Below, in pieces: positions 1 through 11,918 of a stretch of DNA of 64,000 bases. Below the pieces are notes generated by a model. That model searched no databases, was not told the DNA's origin, and saw nothing but the letters and a program-made list of their open reading frames with translations. The stretch covers positions 63,934,464 to 63,998,463 of the forward strand of contig NC_043011.1 in the NCBI RefSeq assembly GCF_006345805.1, written 5' to 3'. Source of the stretch: Octopus sinensis. Lineage: Eukaryota. The position numbers and the translations under genes are program-made. The stretch's first letter is position 1, and every line of letters begins with the position of its first letter.

Positions 1-85
1 GCACAAAAAGAAAATGACACTCCCCAGCAACAACAGTATATATATATCTGCATACATGCATACACACACATACACACACACGCAT

Positions 86-180
<95 letters not shown>

Positions 181-398
181 TATATGAAAGAGTGAGTAGA
201 GATGGCTTTTTGAGGGGAACATTTTAATTTAATCATAATAAAAATACTATTTATTGTCAGTTAATCAGATATTGGTTTCAAGCTTTAAGTGGCCGTTCTC
301 TTAAACAGCAAAGTCATTTTTTATAACTATACATAGAAGGAAATTATACAGTAGAAGGAGGAAGAAAACCTAAATAAATGTACAAATGGGTTCAAAAC

Positions 399-480
399 GG
401 TCATAGTAACGCCGTTTTGATTCCCAGACCGGGCTGTGTGAATGTTTATTGACCGAAAAGGCCTAAAGCTCCACGAAAGT
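399..480 (+). mobile_element. tRNA-derived SINE fragment (OR1-like octopod SINE), 5'-truncated
   Basis: GGTCATAGTAACGCCGTTTTGATTCCCAGACCGGG...CTAAAGCTCCACG matches the copies at 511-622 (inverted) and 16099-16223. Family name is from recall. Confidence 0.7.
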
Positions 481-510
481 TTCCCCATACCCCGCCGGGC
501 CTTCATAGAT

Positions 511-622
511 CTTTAAGTCTTTTCGTTCAATGAACATTGACACCACCCGGTCTGGGAATCTGAACGGCGATCCTATGACCGCAAGTCTGCTGCCCACATT
601 ACTGGGCAAACTGCGCCTCTAC
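511..622 (-). mobile_element. tRNA-derived SINE (OR1-like), 5' part
   Basis: Minus strand reads GTAGAGGCGCAGTTTGCCCAGTAATGTGGGCAGCAGACTTGCGGTCATAGGATCGCCGTTCAGATTCCCAGACCGGG, a tRNA-like head with A/B-box remnants. Confidence 0.75.
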
Positions 623-744
623 AATATTACATAGATAACATTCATTCACTGGATGCATCTTTCTTTTCTACACTCTTCTCTACAACATCTTACTCCACGG
701 TCGTAATAAGTGCTTGACTACTGACAGCATGTATACATACGTAC

Positions 745-838
745 CTGCAGAAGCGAGAACCCGGTTTCTTTGAAAGGGCAAACGGCATATCACAACCTGC
801 ATTCGCCGCATATTTACAATTATAAAAGCCTGCACCAC
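745..838 (-). CDS. Candidate exon 2 of secreted Cys-rich protein gene A
   Basis: TTTCACTTTTAG acceptor and GTACGT donor flank a 94-nt exon, phase 1 to phase 2. It is open in the frame set by exon 1 and reads (G)GAGFYNCKYAANAGCDMPFALSKKPGSRFC. Further exons probably lie left of the window. Confidence 0.6.
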
Positions 839-1633
839 CTAAAAGTGAAATATATTTGTTATTGTTTTTCAGATGCTCATATAAGACAGAGAAGAAGCTT
901 TATATGAGCAGTTACTCGTACATCCATACGTACTATCATAGGACACTATTGTATACAGCACACCACATCTCATAACATATAGCTTATAACATATGCAATG
1001 CAATTTAATTCACCATATCACATAATATCCCATGATTTTATTATATTGAATACTAGAAGGAAAATTTATAACGGATACGACACCAAAATTAATTTCCACC
1101 ATCAAAGTTCAAAAATGGCACCTATAAATGTCATTTCCGAAAGTATTTAAATGTAAGGCTTACGCTAAGCATGCATGATTACCCCAGGTCTAATCTGTTA
1201 TTAATCAGGTTATTATTGTCCCTACACTTAACAATATCATGAGTTTCCATAGATCACAGCTCACACCCGTATTGACTATCACTATAAGGCTGCGTTCTCA
1301 GTATTATATCCCATTTAAGCCTTAAATGGGATATATTTAAAATAATTAATTAAGTACATGAATGAATATTAAACCGAGTCTATGTAATCTTTCCCTTTTA
1401 ATGTTTATATTTGATATATACACACATTGTACCTAATTTGGTTATGATATAATTTTTGAAAATCAAATTTTATTTTTGATACACCATAACAATAGTGTTT
1501 ATAAACAATCCCCCAATGTGCTCCAAAATAAAATTTCCTCTGTATTAACATATTTGCTTTGCTATCATCTTGCCCCTTTAACTGGTAATGAACATCATGA
1601 TCTAAAGTCTTCTACTACTCATCCTTTTTTTAG

Positions 1634-2361
1634 TTACAGGCTTTTTATATCCAATTGAGTATTCCTAATGTCTCCTTTCTTCCCTGAGGAAATGTAATAC
1701 ATTTGACAGTATGTATGAAAGTATTGGCTAACAGCCCGTAGATCAGACTGAAGGCATGCCCGGTCACCCACTTCATTGATGACCTTTTGGAGTTTGAAAT
1801 CATCTGCAGAGATTCTTATGTTATTGTGCTTGATAATGTCAATAATGCCATTGATGTAAATGATGAAAACAAGTGGGTCCAAAACAGTGCCTTGTGGAAC
1901 ACCATTACTGACTTTGGCTGGGCTTGATTTTACTCCTTCGACTAAAACGTGTTGGGTTCTGCCTGTCAGGAAACACTTGATCCATTGTAGTATCTTCCCA
2001 GAGACACCAATTTTGGATAGTTTTTTCAAGAGGAAAAGGCCTCGTTATCAAAGATCCTGCTGAAATCAAGGTAGCTGTCACCAGTATTCGAGGCCTCTCC
2101 CGAACCACTCAAAATGCCATCAAAATGATGCAGGAGCTGCGTTAGGCAGTTCCTTCTATTACAGAACCCTTATTGTTAGAGGTTCAGGAGTTTTTTGCTT
2201 TCAAGAAAGTGGGTTATCCCTGATCTCACTACCCTCTCAAATACTTTGATATGAGAGGTGAGCGACATCGGCCGGTAGATCCCTGCAATTGTCTTGCTTT
2301 CCTTTTTGAAAACTGGGACAACAGACTGAGAAATAAAGTTTTCAGGAATACATGCAAGCAT
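1634..2361 (-). pseudogene. CR1/L2-group LINE reverse transcriptase fragment
   Basis: ORFs 2176-2361 (VVPVFKK..YRPMSLTSHIKVFERVV) and 1634-2029 (ILQWIKCFLTGRTQHV..GVPQGTVLDPLVFIIYIN..ADD) carry non-LTR RT motifs. Frameshifted and degenerate. Confidence 0.85.
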
Positions 2362-2704
2362 ATGATTGTAATAACTTTTCTATATCTGTATATATATGTA
2401 TGTATATATGTGTGTATGTGTGTGTGCCTGGTATAGGAGCGTTTGTATGCGAGAAATATTACTTTAAATAATTTGAGGATTTAACGAATTTTGCAGTTAG
2501 ATTTATCAACCAACGAAACTTTGAGTGGCGTGCGACAACATCGTCACGTTTCTTTTTCCAATTTTCAACTTGTGTTCTGGGGCTATCAAGTATTCGAATT
2601 TTTTTTTTTTTTTTTTTTTTTTTTTGGTAGATACATATTTCTACGCATTTTCAAACCATGATCTGAATTAAAAGCTTGGAGAATACTGAAGAATGTTTGC
2701 ATGA

Positions 2705-2797
2705 ATAAAGTTTCGAATAAATAAAGTTTCGAATAAATAAAGTTTCGAATAAATAAAGTTTCGAATAAATAAAGTTTCGAATAAATAAAGTTTCGAA
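2705..2797. repeat. 16-bp tandem repeat (TTTCGAATAAATAAAG) x5 plus partial units
   Basis: Identical units at 2711, 2727, 2743, 2759 and 2775. Confidence 0.9.
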
Positions 2798-3728
2798 AAA
2801 ATATGATCAATACTGTTTGCCAATTTAACAATGCAGAATTCGAATGTAAAACAGTATGTAGCGACAGATGTGTTTCGAAATCTACAGGTTTAATTTTAAA
2901 AAACTGTGTTTGCTATTTGAGGACTCCGTTATATTAAATATACTTGTAGCGCTGTGGCTAATATTCTAAACGTACATTATCTCATATCTAAAATGATAAT
3001 AATATAAAAGAAAGCCTGGTAATTTTACTTTAGTAAAAAGCCTAGTAGTAATATTATAATCATTTTATTAACACCAAAACAATTATTAGCGGCTAAGGAG
3101 GCTTTGTTACTGAATTCTGTGAATGATGAAATAACTAGAAATATGAAAGAAAAACCGTCCTGGTTATGACATTTATACTATAACGATCTCCTAAAGTAAA
3201 TATGATAACCATGTGGCCCAAAAAACAAACAAAATACTCAAACACATATCACTTCGACAGTGAGAGACGATTAATATTGTCATGCACAAGTAAATGAAAG
3301 ATCGGTTGTCACAATAAATTCATTCTAGAAATTCACAAATGAAGACCAACGTTAATAAGAAAATAATTAAAACAGAAACGGTGTAATAGAATTAAGCAAA
3401 GCAAAATGTAAATAAATTGAGTGTTTAATTTATTTTCAAAAATATTTGGGGGAAAATGTGTCCGATTTGATTAAGTGGTGTCCGGTGTTCCATTTTAATA
3501 TGGTAAGAGGAATAGGGTCCAATAAAATAGGAAACGGACGAAAATTTTATTTTAGTGCCTATATATACATACACGCACGCATATATCTTCAGATGAATAC
3601 ACACGCATACACATACATATGCATATATATATACATACAAAGATATGTAGTACATATATATAGTAGTATATATAGTAGTATATATATAGTAGTATATATA
3701 TATATATACATGTATACACACAGATATG

Positions 3729-3790
<62 letters not shown>

Positions 3791-3930
3791 GATATGTAGC
3801 TATGTATGTGTGAGTGTATATAAGAAAATGAGATGGCACCTATGTATAGATGACTGAGGGAGACTTAGCATTGTATTAATATGTTACATAGAGATATATT
3901 GGTACTGATGAAATATGAGTAGAAACTTAC

Positions 3931-3967
3931 CAACAATAAAGAAAGGAAAAAGTATTAAAAGTTTCAT
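3931..3967 (-). CDS. First coding exon (signal peptide) of secreted-protein gene A
   Basis: GCC-ATG context; reads MKLLILFPFFIV+G, 37 nt, then a GTAAGT donor. Paralogous to 43576-43612 and 46167-46203. Confidence 0.8.
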
Positions 3968-4110
3968 GGCGGATATTCATGTTCAAATCAACGACTGTTT
4001 TGTAACAACTTACTCCTGATTGTGTCATATATAATTTAAAGTTGTGTAACACATGTTTACACATACTGCGTTCACATATCAGGAATTAATTAAGATGGCT
4101 TGTTCAAGCA
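3968..4110 (-). promoter_or_regulatory. Conserved 5'UTR/promoter of gene A (TATA box 4028-4034, E-box 4050-4055)
   Basis: TGTCATATATAA and GTAACACATGTTT blocks recur with similar spacing upstream of the other two paralogous ATGs. Confidence 0.65.
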
Positions 4111-4226
4111 ATTTCCCACATAAAATTGATGTATGTTTCCGTTTCATATTTATATGTTTTTATAAATAGTCCATAGGAACCAAAATTCTCTCTCTCTCTC
4201 TCAACACACACACACACACACACATA

Positions 4227-4351
<125 letters not shown>

Positions 4352-5371
4352 CACACATACACACACATATAGATATATACTTACATACGTATATACTGTT
4401 CATAGATGTGAATCAGATGTTCGCAGTATAGGATACACTTGCAGTGTTCAAGAGACACAAACGTGAGTAGGTATGGAAGTGTCTGTATAGACAAACGTTA
4501 GACAGATCAATTTATAATCTATGTTAAATACATGAAATGCAAAATATATATATATATATTCACTTACAAAATGTTTCACAAATATTATAGAGAAGTACTA
4601 ATTACCAACTACTTCTCCACTGCAGTAGATAGCAACCTTTTACCACTGCCCCCTCCCTATTCACTTCTCTCTATTCAGTTTCTTGCATCCCTGCATACCA
4701 TTGTCTTCCCCTTCCAAAACCAACCCCATACTTTTGTCCCACTAACCATTGCTATATCGACTACCTACCTATCACCACTCTATCTATCGTCCCATCTACA
4801 TATTCTCACAGTTGTCAACAAAACTCAGTAATTTCCTCATGCACTGAACCAGCCAAAATATTTCTCTCAAATAATGACCATTCACTTTCTCTATATCTCA
4901 ACCAATTATTATTTACCCCTCATAGAAACTAGCTCAATAAACCATCATCAACTCCCCTCTTCCACTTACATTCAAATCTACTACTACATCTCCCTACTGG
5001 GCTCCTTATTAACCACTTGCTCTTGGAATTTATTTCCCCCTCTTACTATTCTTTACCTGAATAATTCCCCATTCCCTCCTCTGATACACTTAACTCTCAC
5101 CAAAATTGTTCTATCTTTGAATTTCATTCTTTTAACACAGTGGTTGTCAACCGTTTTAGACTAATGTCACGCTGGCACGCTGGCCCAATTCTTGGCGCCA
5201 CTCCCTACCCCAGCATAAATATACACCTCTTCCTTCAGCAAATTCAAAACAACCGTATATCACAAATAAAACGTAAGTCTAATTAAGGTATTAATATATA
5301 TGTATATATATATATATGTGTGTGTGTGCGTGTGTGTGTGTATGTGTGTGTGTGTATATATGTGGTTGTGA

Positions 5372-5447
<76 letters not shown>

Positions 5448-5450
<3 letters not shown>

Positions 5451-6889
5451 ATTCTCCATACGCCAACTTCAGGAGAAGTCCAGAGAGCAGAAAATGCCAT
5501 TATATATGGCCTTCATTGATCTGACAAAGGCCTTTGACTTGGTAAGTAGGAAAGTCCCCTTCATGCTGCTCCAAAGAATCGGATGTCCACCAAAGCTGCT
5601 GAGGATCATCACATCTTTCCATGATGATATGCAAGGCAGCATAGAGTACAATGGTTCAACCTCAGCAGCCTTCCAAATAAAACATGGATTAAAACAAGGT
5701 CGTGTCATTGCTCCTACATTATTTGGCATCTTCTGCTCGCTGCTGCTGTCACATGCCTTTGTGACATCAGATGATGGAGTGTTTCTGCACTGTGGAAATG
5801 ATGGGTAACTGTTCAATCACTCGCGTCCTCGTCCCAAGACCAACATCAGAAACGTCCTGATCAAGGAGATGCTATTTGCTGATGCTGCTGCTCTGGTATC
5901 ACACACAGAAGAAGCCCTCCAAAGGCTCATTAACTGTTTTGAGCAAGCATGTGGCAACTTTGGCTTATTTATCATCCTCAAGAAGACCAGCATCATGGGT
6001 CAGGCTACATCGACAATTCCAAACATACAAATTGGAGATCACAGACTACATGATGTGGAGAAGTTTACCTATCTGGGCTCTACCGTCACCTACAACCTAT
6101 CCCTTGATACTGAGCTCAATATACGCATTGGCAAAGTAGCTGCTGTGGTAGCCCAACTCTCCATACGGGCATGGGACAACAATAAGCTGGCCAAGACCAC
6201 AAAAATGAAGATTTACCAGGCATGTGTACTTAGCACTCAACTGTATGGAAGTGAGACTTGGACGCTATACATATGCCAAGAGCGTCGCCTAAATATATTT
6301 CACCTGCGCTGCCTCCGTAAAATCCTTCGCAACAAATGGCAGAATCATGTCCCCAACAAAGATGTCCTCAAGCAAGCAGGAATACCAAGCATGTTTGCAC
6401 TCCTCACACAAAGACGTATGAGATGGCTTGGGCATGTTAGCCGTATGAAAGCTGGCAGAATCCCCAAGGACATATACAACGGAGAGCTTGCTAGGGGCAC
6501 TAGGTCTGTGGGAAGACCGTTCTTACGATACAAGGATGTTTGCAAAAGGGACATGAATGCCTGCAACATCAATATTACCAACTGGGAAGCAGTTGCCAGC
6601 CACCCTAAGGATTGGCGACGTACCGTAATAGAGGGGACACAAAGGAGTGACAGAGAGGGAGAGGAGAAATGGAAAGACAAGAAAAGACGTCAACAAGAAA
6701 CTATGACATTACAACCAGCCAGAAACAGTCTTCGCTATATTTGCGACACCTGCCAGGGGGAGTGTTTGTCCGGGATAGGACTACACAGCTACAGCAGGAG
6801 ATTTATTAGGATATGAAATGTAAAAGCCGGACTAGATTATTTTCTGCACAACTCCATTGTCTCCCGAGACAAAAAGGATGCCAACAACA
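5448..6889 (+). mobile_element. RTE-clade LINE, 5'-truncated, RT plus C-terminal zinc knuckle
   Basis: ORFs 5320-5808 and 5869-6816 share a frame and are split by one TAA (5806-5808). Motifs: QLQEK..AFIDLTKAFDLV, GLKQG..APTLF, LFADA, FTYLGS, LYGSETW, RMRWLGHV, CDTC..C..H. RTE-type 3' end TCCATTGTCTCCCGAGAC..GGATGCCAACAAC. Confidence 0.92.
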
Positions 6890-7257
6890 TTATATACGGA
6901 TTTCTTAGACAGGGACTGAAACAAATCAATCGTATATATATGTATATATGTAAGTGTATATGTGTGTCTTTGTGTCTGTGTTTCGCCCTCATCACTGCTT
7001 CACATCTGCTGTTCATTTATTTACATCCACAAAACTTACTGGTTTCACAAGAACAAACTAATAGAATATGTACTAGGCTTATCAACATAAAAAAGCACTA
7101 GGTTGTGTCCCATATTTTTGTTTGCCCACTCAGTTGTATCTATCAATTTATCTTTGTGTGTGTTTATGTATGTGTGTGTGAGTATATCTATATCTATATC
7201 TATCTATATCTATCTTAATGTATATATCTATCTATATATATATCTATCTATCTATCA

Positions 7258-7335
<78 letters not shown>

Positions 7336-7340
7336 ATATA

Positions 7341-7388
<48 letters not shown>

Positions 7389-7393
<5 letters not shown>

Positions 7394-8640
7394 ATACAAT
7401 ATGTTACATTACTCGGTAGTCAAGATAAAACTCTGAGTTTCAGATGCCGAAGTGGAAATCCACAACACCATCTCTTCGGTTATCTGGCTATTTGAAAACG
7501 TTATGAAAAAATACCGTTAAAAATGAAGGGAAATTACTCTGGTATAACTCTGTTTTGCCTGCGTACTTATACATCACTCGCATTTTTCGTCATAAAAATT
7601 ATATAAAAATACATAAAAATATATAAAAAATATATAAAAATATATAAAATCTTCTTGGGACATAACACAGAAAGCATGTTCTATCCGTTTTCTTTAGGGG
7701 ACCAAAAACGTAACAGAAATTTAATCACATGTGGGCATGATCCGAAAAGCTCTGTCCTTGTATTTAGACATGTGGTAGGGTCTAAGCTGCTTTTCCAGAT
7801 AAGCCATCTCTCCATGTCGCATAAACCGCACCTTCCGCTGCCGTTAGTGTAGGGCTTACATCTGGCCAAAATCTTCCATTCCAAGACCATCATATATGAA
7901 GCTACCGTAAACTCTATAACCACTAAAGACACCGTTTCGACGAAGAAATACGTGGGCCTGACAGAGGGTAATTTCAAGGCCAGGTTCAATAACCACACTT
8001 TGAGCTTTAGGCACTGGAACAAAAGAAAAGCGACACAATTATCCAATCATATTTGGTCTTTAAGAGATAAAGGTGTCGATTATAACATACAATGGAAGAT
8101 TTTGGCCAGATGTAAGCCCTACACTAACGGCAGCGGAAGGTGCGGTTTATGCGACATGGAGAGATGGCTTATCTGGAAAAGCAGCTTAGACCCTACCACA
8201 TGTCTAAATACAAGGACAGAGCTTTTCGGATCATGCCCACATGTGACTAAATTTCTGTTACGTTTTTGGTCCCCTAAAGAAAACGGATAGAACATGCTTT
8301 CTGTGTTATGTCCCAAGAAGATTTTATATATTTTTATATATTTTTATATATTTTTATGTATTTTTATATAATTTTTATGACGAAAAATGCGAGCGATGTA
8401 TAAGTACGCAGGCAAAGCAGAGTTATAACAGAGTAATTTCCCTTCATTTTTCACGGCATTTTTTCATAACGTTTTCAAATAGCCAGATAACCGAAGAGAT
8501 GGTGTTGTGGATTTCCACTTCGGCATCTGAAACTCAGAGTTTTATCTTGACTACCGAGTAATGTAACATATTGTATAGATAAATTTCCTCTATTTACATA
8601 ATATTGAGGTCTCTTTCTTTCTTTTGTTATCTTACCGTTT
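7389..8640 (+). mobile_element. Penelope-like element 3' end (GIY-YIG plus pseudo-LTR) with inverted duplication
   Basis: Frame from 7883 reads KTIIYEATV..KKYVGLTEGNFKARFNNH..WKILARCKPY..CGLC..LNTRTELFGSCPH, a GIY-YIG C-terminus. Arms 7389-7880 and 8091-8581 are near-identical inverted copies. Confidence 0.88.
8485..8547 (+). ncRNA. Type I hammerhead-ribozyme-like motif (variant core)
   Basis: Stem I AGATAA/TTATCT, core CCGAAGA (canonical CUGANGA), stem II GATG/CATC, T-GAAA, near-palindromic stem III ACTC-A-GAGT, cleavage triplet GUU. Identical antisense copy at 7423-7485. Confidence 0.5.
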
Positions 8641-9826
8641 TATCAATATATATATATATATATATTTATATATATTATATTAAATTAGAGGTAAAACCAC
8701 TGTTAGGCAAATCAAACAGTGAAAATCATAAACCAATACATAGAAATAAAAGTAATTAATAAAAAATATATAAAATTTAAAATTTAAAATTTAAAATATT
8801 TAACATAAAGTTAAAATTTTAAAAACTATTTAAATTATTTAAATTAAATTTATATAATTTTAATATTTTTTTTAATTCTAAGCATAAGGGCCATAAGCCC
8901 CATGATAATTCATATATTTTTGCTGTTGATGAAATTTTAACCATAGATATTAGACACAAATGAAGTAATATTTATAAAATTTCATCTTTTTACAAAGTTA
9001 GGGGGGACTTAACATCCTCAATTTTGTCATTTTATCTAAGCAAAAATGAACACAGTTGTGCTCTTGGAAGCTGTACGGTTACCCGAGCATAAAAGTTGGA
9101 TATTATTTCTAATTCAATGCTACAACAGTGTAACAGTTTGTTTTGACATACACTTACATTGTGATTTCTGCAATGTGGTGCATATATTGTTAAGTAAATG
9201 TGAGACATCTTTGCCTCCACTGATTCAGTTGCAGAGTGCTAAGTAAATTTATTTGATTGCAGATCTCCTTTCAGTCTTTTTATTATCACTCGGTCACACT
9301 TAGTCCCCAGATGGTAACATTGATTACAAGGCCTTCCCAGATGAGTGACTGGTTATTCAAAGATATTTATAGATTTAAATTCATTCTGTCCCGTTACGTA
9401 TCAGTATAGTGGTCATTTGAAAACTCCAGAGGTGACACTTTAATTTCCCTAAGCCCTCACGTCACACAGTTGTTAATGTTGATTTCAGTTGGGTCATGCT
9501 CTTCCAATTGCTATAGATTCGTAATGCATCTTACGGGTGTGCCTGTCACCTGGATGGTGAGGAATCCTACATAGGGAGTGGCAACGACTATGGTAGAGTA
9601 ACTGATTGCTTATTGTGATCATTCGTCTTTTGGTTTCCATGTGGCACGATTACAATTTTTTTAGGGTGTGTAAAGAGGGAAATAACCCTCATCTGCAATT
9701 TTGATTAAATTCAAAACATAGATATTCTAGTTCATTTAGAAAATATAACAGAAAATTCTAATTCTTCAATTGTAACCGGGCAACGTCGGAATCTCTGCCA
9801 TTATATATGTATATATATACATACAA

Positions 9827-9936
<110 letters not shown>

Positions 9937-9940
9937 TATA

Positions 9941-11386
9941 CTCAATCACCTACCGAATACTATAAACAAAAACACCAAACTGGTATCCTTCGATGTAGTC
10001 AACCTCTGCTCCAATATCCCCCACAACCTAGGACTAGAGGCAAACCAATTATGGCTAGAGAATCACGCCAACGAACTACCACATCGCATCAAAAAAGAAT
10101 TCGTGATAGAAGGGGTTAAATTCATCCTGGAAAATAACTTCTTCGTCTTCAATGACAACTTCTACCGACAAAAATCAGGGACTGCGATGGGTACAGGAAT
10201 GGCCCCCTCCTTTGCCAACCTAGTCATAGGATATCTAGAGATCAGTCTGTATCGTAAGGTTCTAGAAAGATATGGCAGCCCTTTCTCCATCTACATAGAA
10301 AACAACTAGAAGAGATATCTAGATGACTGTTCCATCCTTTGGCATGAAAATATTGAGAAACTCATAGACTTCCAAGAAATTTTAAACGGACTGGACGTAA
10401 ATATCCAATTCACGATGGAATATAGCCAGCAACAACTCCCCTTCCTCGATATCCTCATTAAGAAAGCTAATAATGTAATAGAAACAGACATATATTATAA
10501 GCCTACAGACTGTAAGCAATATCTTCCATTCAATTCATGCCACCCCAGACACACCAGGATGAATATCCCCTTCAATCTAGCAAAAAGGATATGCACTATA
10601 GTCTCTAATGCAAACACCAGAGACACACGACTACAAGAACTAAAAGATACCCTTATCACCAGGAACTATCCAACTTCACTTATTGACAAGTGCATTCAAC
10701 GTGCCCTTCAACTTAACATCAAGGAACTGAGTCATCCCAAATCAAAGAAAAACTTACCACCAAAAGCCTTACCATACATCTCCACACACAACCCTCTCAA
10801 TAACGAAGCCTTCGGCACCATCCTCCACAACATACCCCTCCTAAAAAAAGACCACAAAATGAACACAATCCTCCAAACACACACGATCATAAAAAGCAAG
10901 AGACAGCCTAAATCCATGAAAAGTCTCCTAACACAAGCCCGAATTCACTCTTCAACACAGAAGCCGACAGTAAAAAAATGTGGAAGACCCAATTGCGGGA
11001 TATGCGACTATCTAATTGAGGGATCAGAGTTCTCCTTCAAACAGGGACAACGGTTTACAGTGAAAAGCAACTTCACATGTGCTTCGGAGAATCTAATATA
11101 CTCACTAACCTGCTCCGGGTGTCAAGAGCAGTACATAGGCGAAACAAAAAATAGTTTGCGTAAAAGAATGGCCCTGCACAGATCCCAGATAAAAATTCCC
11201 CAAAACAGAAAAATAGCTTTCAGCCAACACACAGATACTTGCGCCAACAACAAAACACCAGGCTTCAGGATTTTCCCCCTCTACCAATTTAGGGACGATA
11301 CAACCCCGAGACAACGAATAAGTAAAGAAACTCTCTTTATTACAAAATACAGGCCACTTCTTAACGGGTCTACGACAAACGATTAA
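9941..11386 (+). pseudogene. Penelope-like element RT plus GIY-YIG ORF, 5'-truncated, one in-frame stop
   Basis: A single frame runs from 9941: [31 protein letters not shown] (TAG at 10307-10309), LPFLDI, IYYKPTD..YL, KCGRPNCGIC, NLIYSLTCSGCQEQYIGET. Confidence 0.93.
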
Positions 11387-11559
11387 TATACCTCAACTTT
11401 AGAATAAAAGAAATACACACACAAATATTACATTCCAAAGAATCCATTACCTATCAGCCCCAATCACAGCTATAATCCATAACATGCCAACTTCAAGTCA
11501 TACAACACCTGAAATGTTCTTTATAAAATTATTTTAGCATTTTCTATTTTGACTTGTTT

Positions 11560-11601
<42 letters not shown>

Positions 11602-11918
11602 GATCTGATCATCATATGTGCCCTCTCTGTTGAACTGTACGGACGTGTCTTTATTTCTCTCTCCCTAGTCAGTAGCAAGCTACACAGCTTCGAAACTTAA
11701 CTGACCTTACATATATTTGTAACCACGTGTTTGCCTACAAACCCGTAATTACGTTTTTATTTAACTGCAAATTGTTATATACACTTGTTTTTCTTTTAAT
11801 ATCTTCAAACAACCAAATAATCAAAAACTCACACCCTTAAGAGAGAATATCTATATATATACACTTCTTTAACTCACAAGAAAGAATATATATATATAAA
11901 AAATAAAAAAAAACAAAC

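Noticed and set aside
2711-2790. Regular repeat as a CRISPR array
   Set aside because: The units are contiguous with no unique spacers, and the context is eukaryotic.
9776-9800. ACCGGGCAACGTCGG as a Helitron 3' hairpin (similar at 41054 and 57259)
   Set aside because: The terminal CTAG is absent and the motifs are too degenerate.
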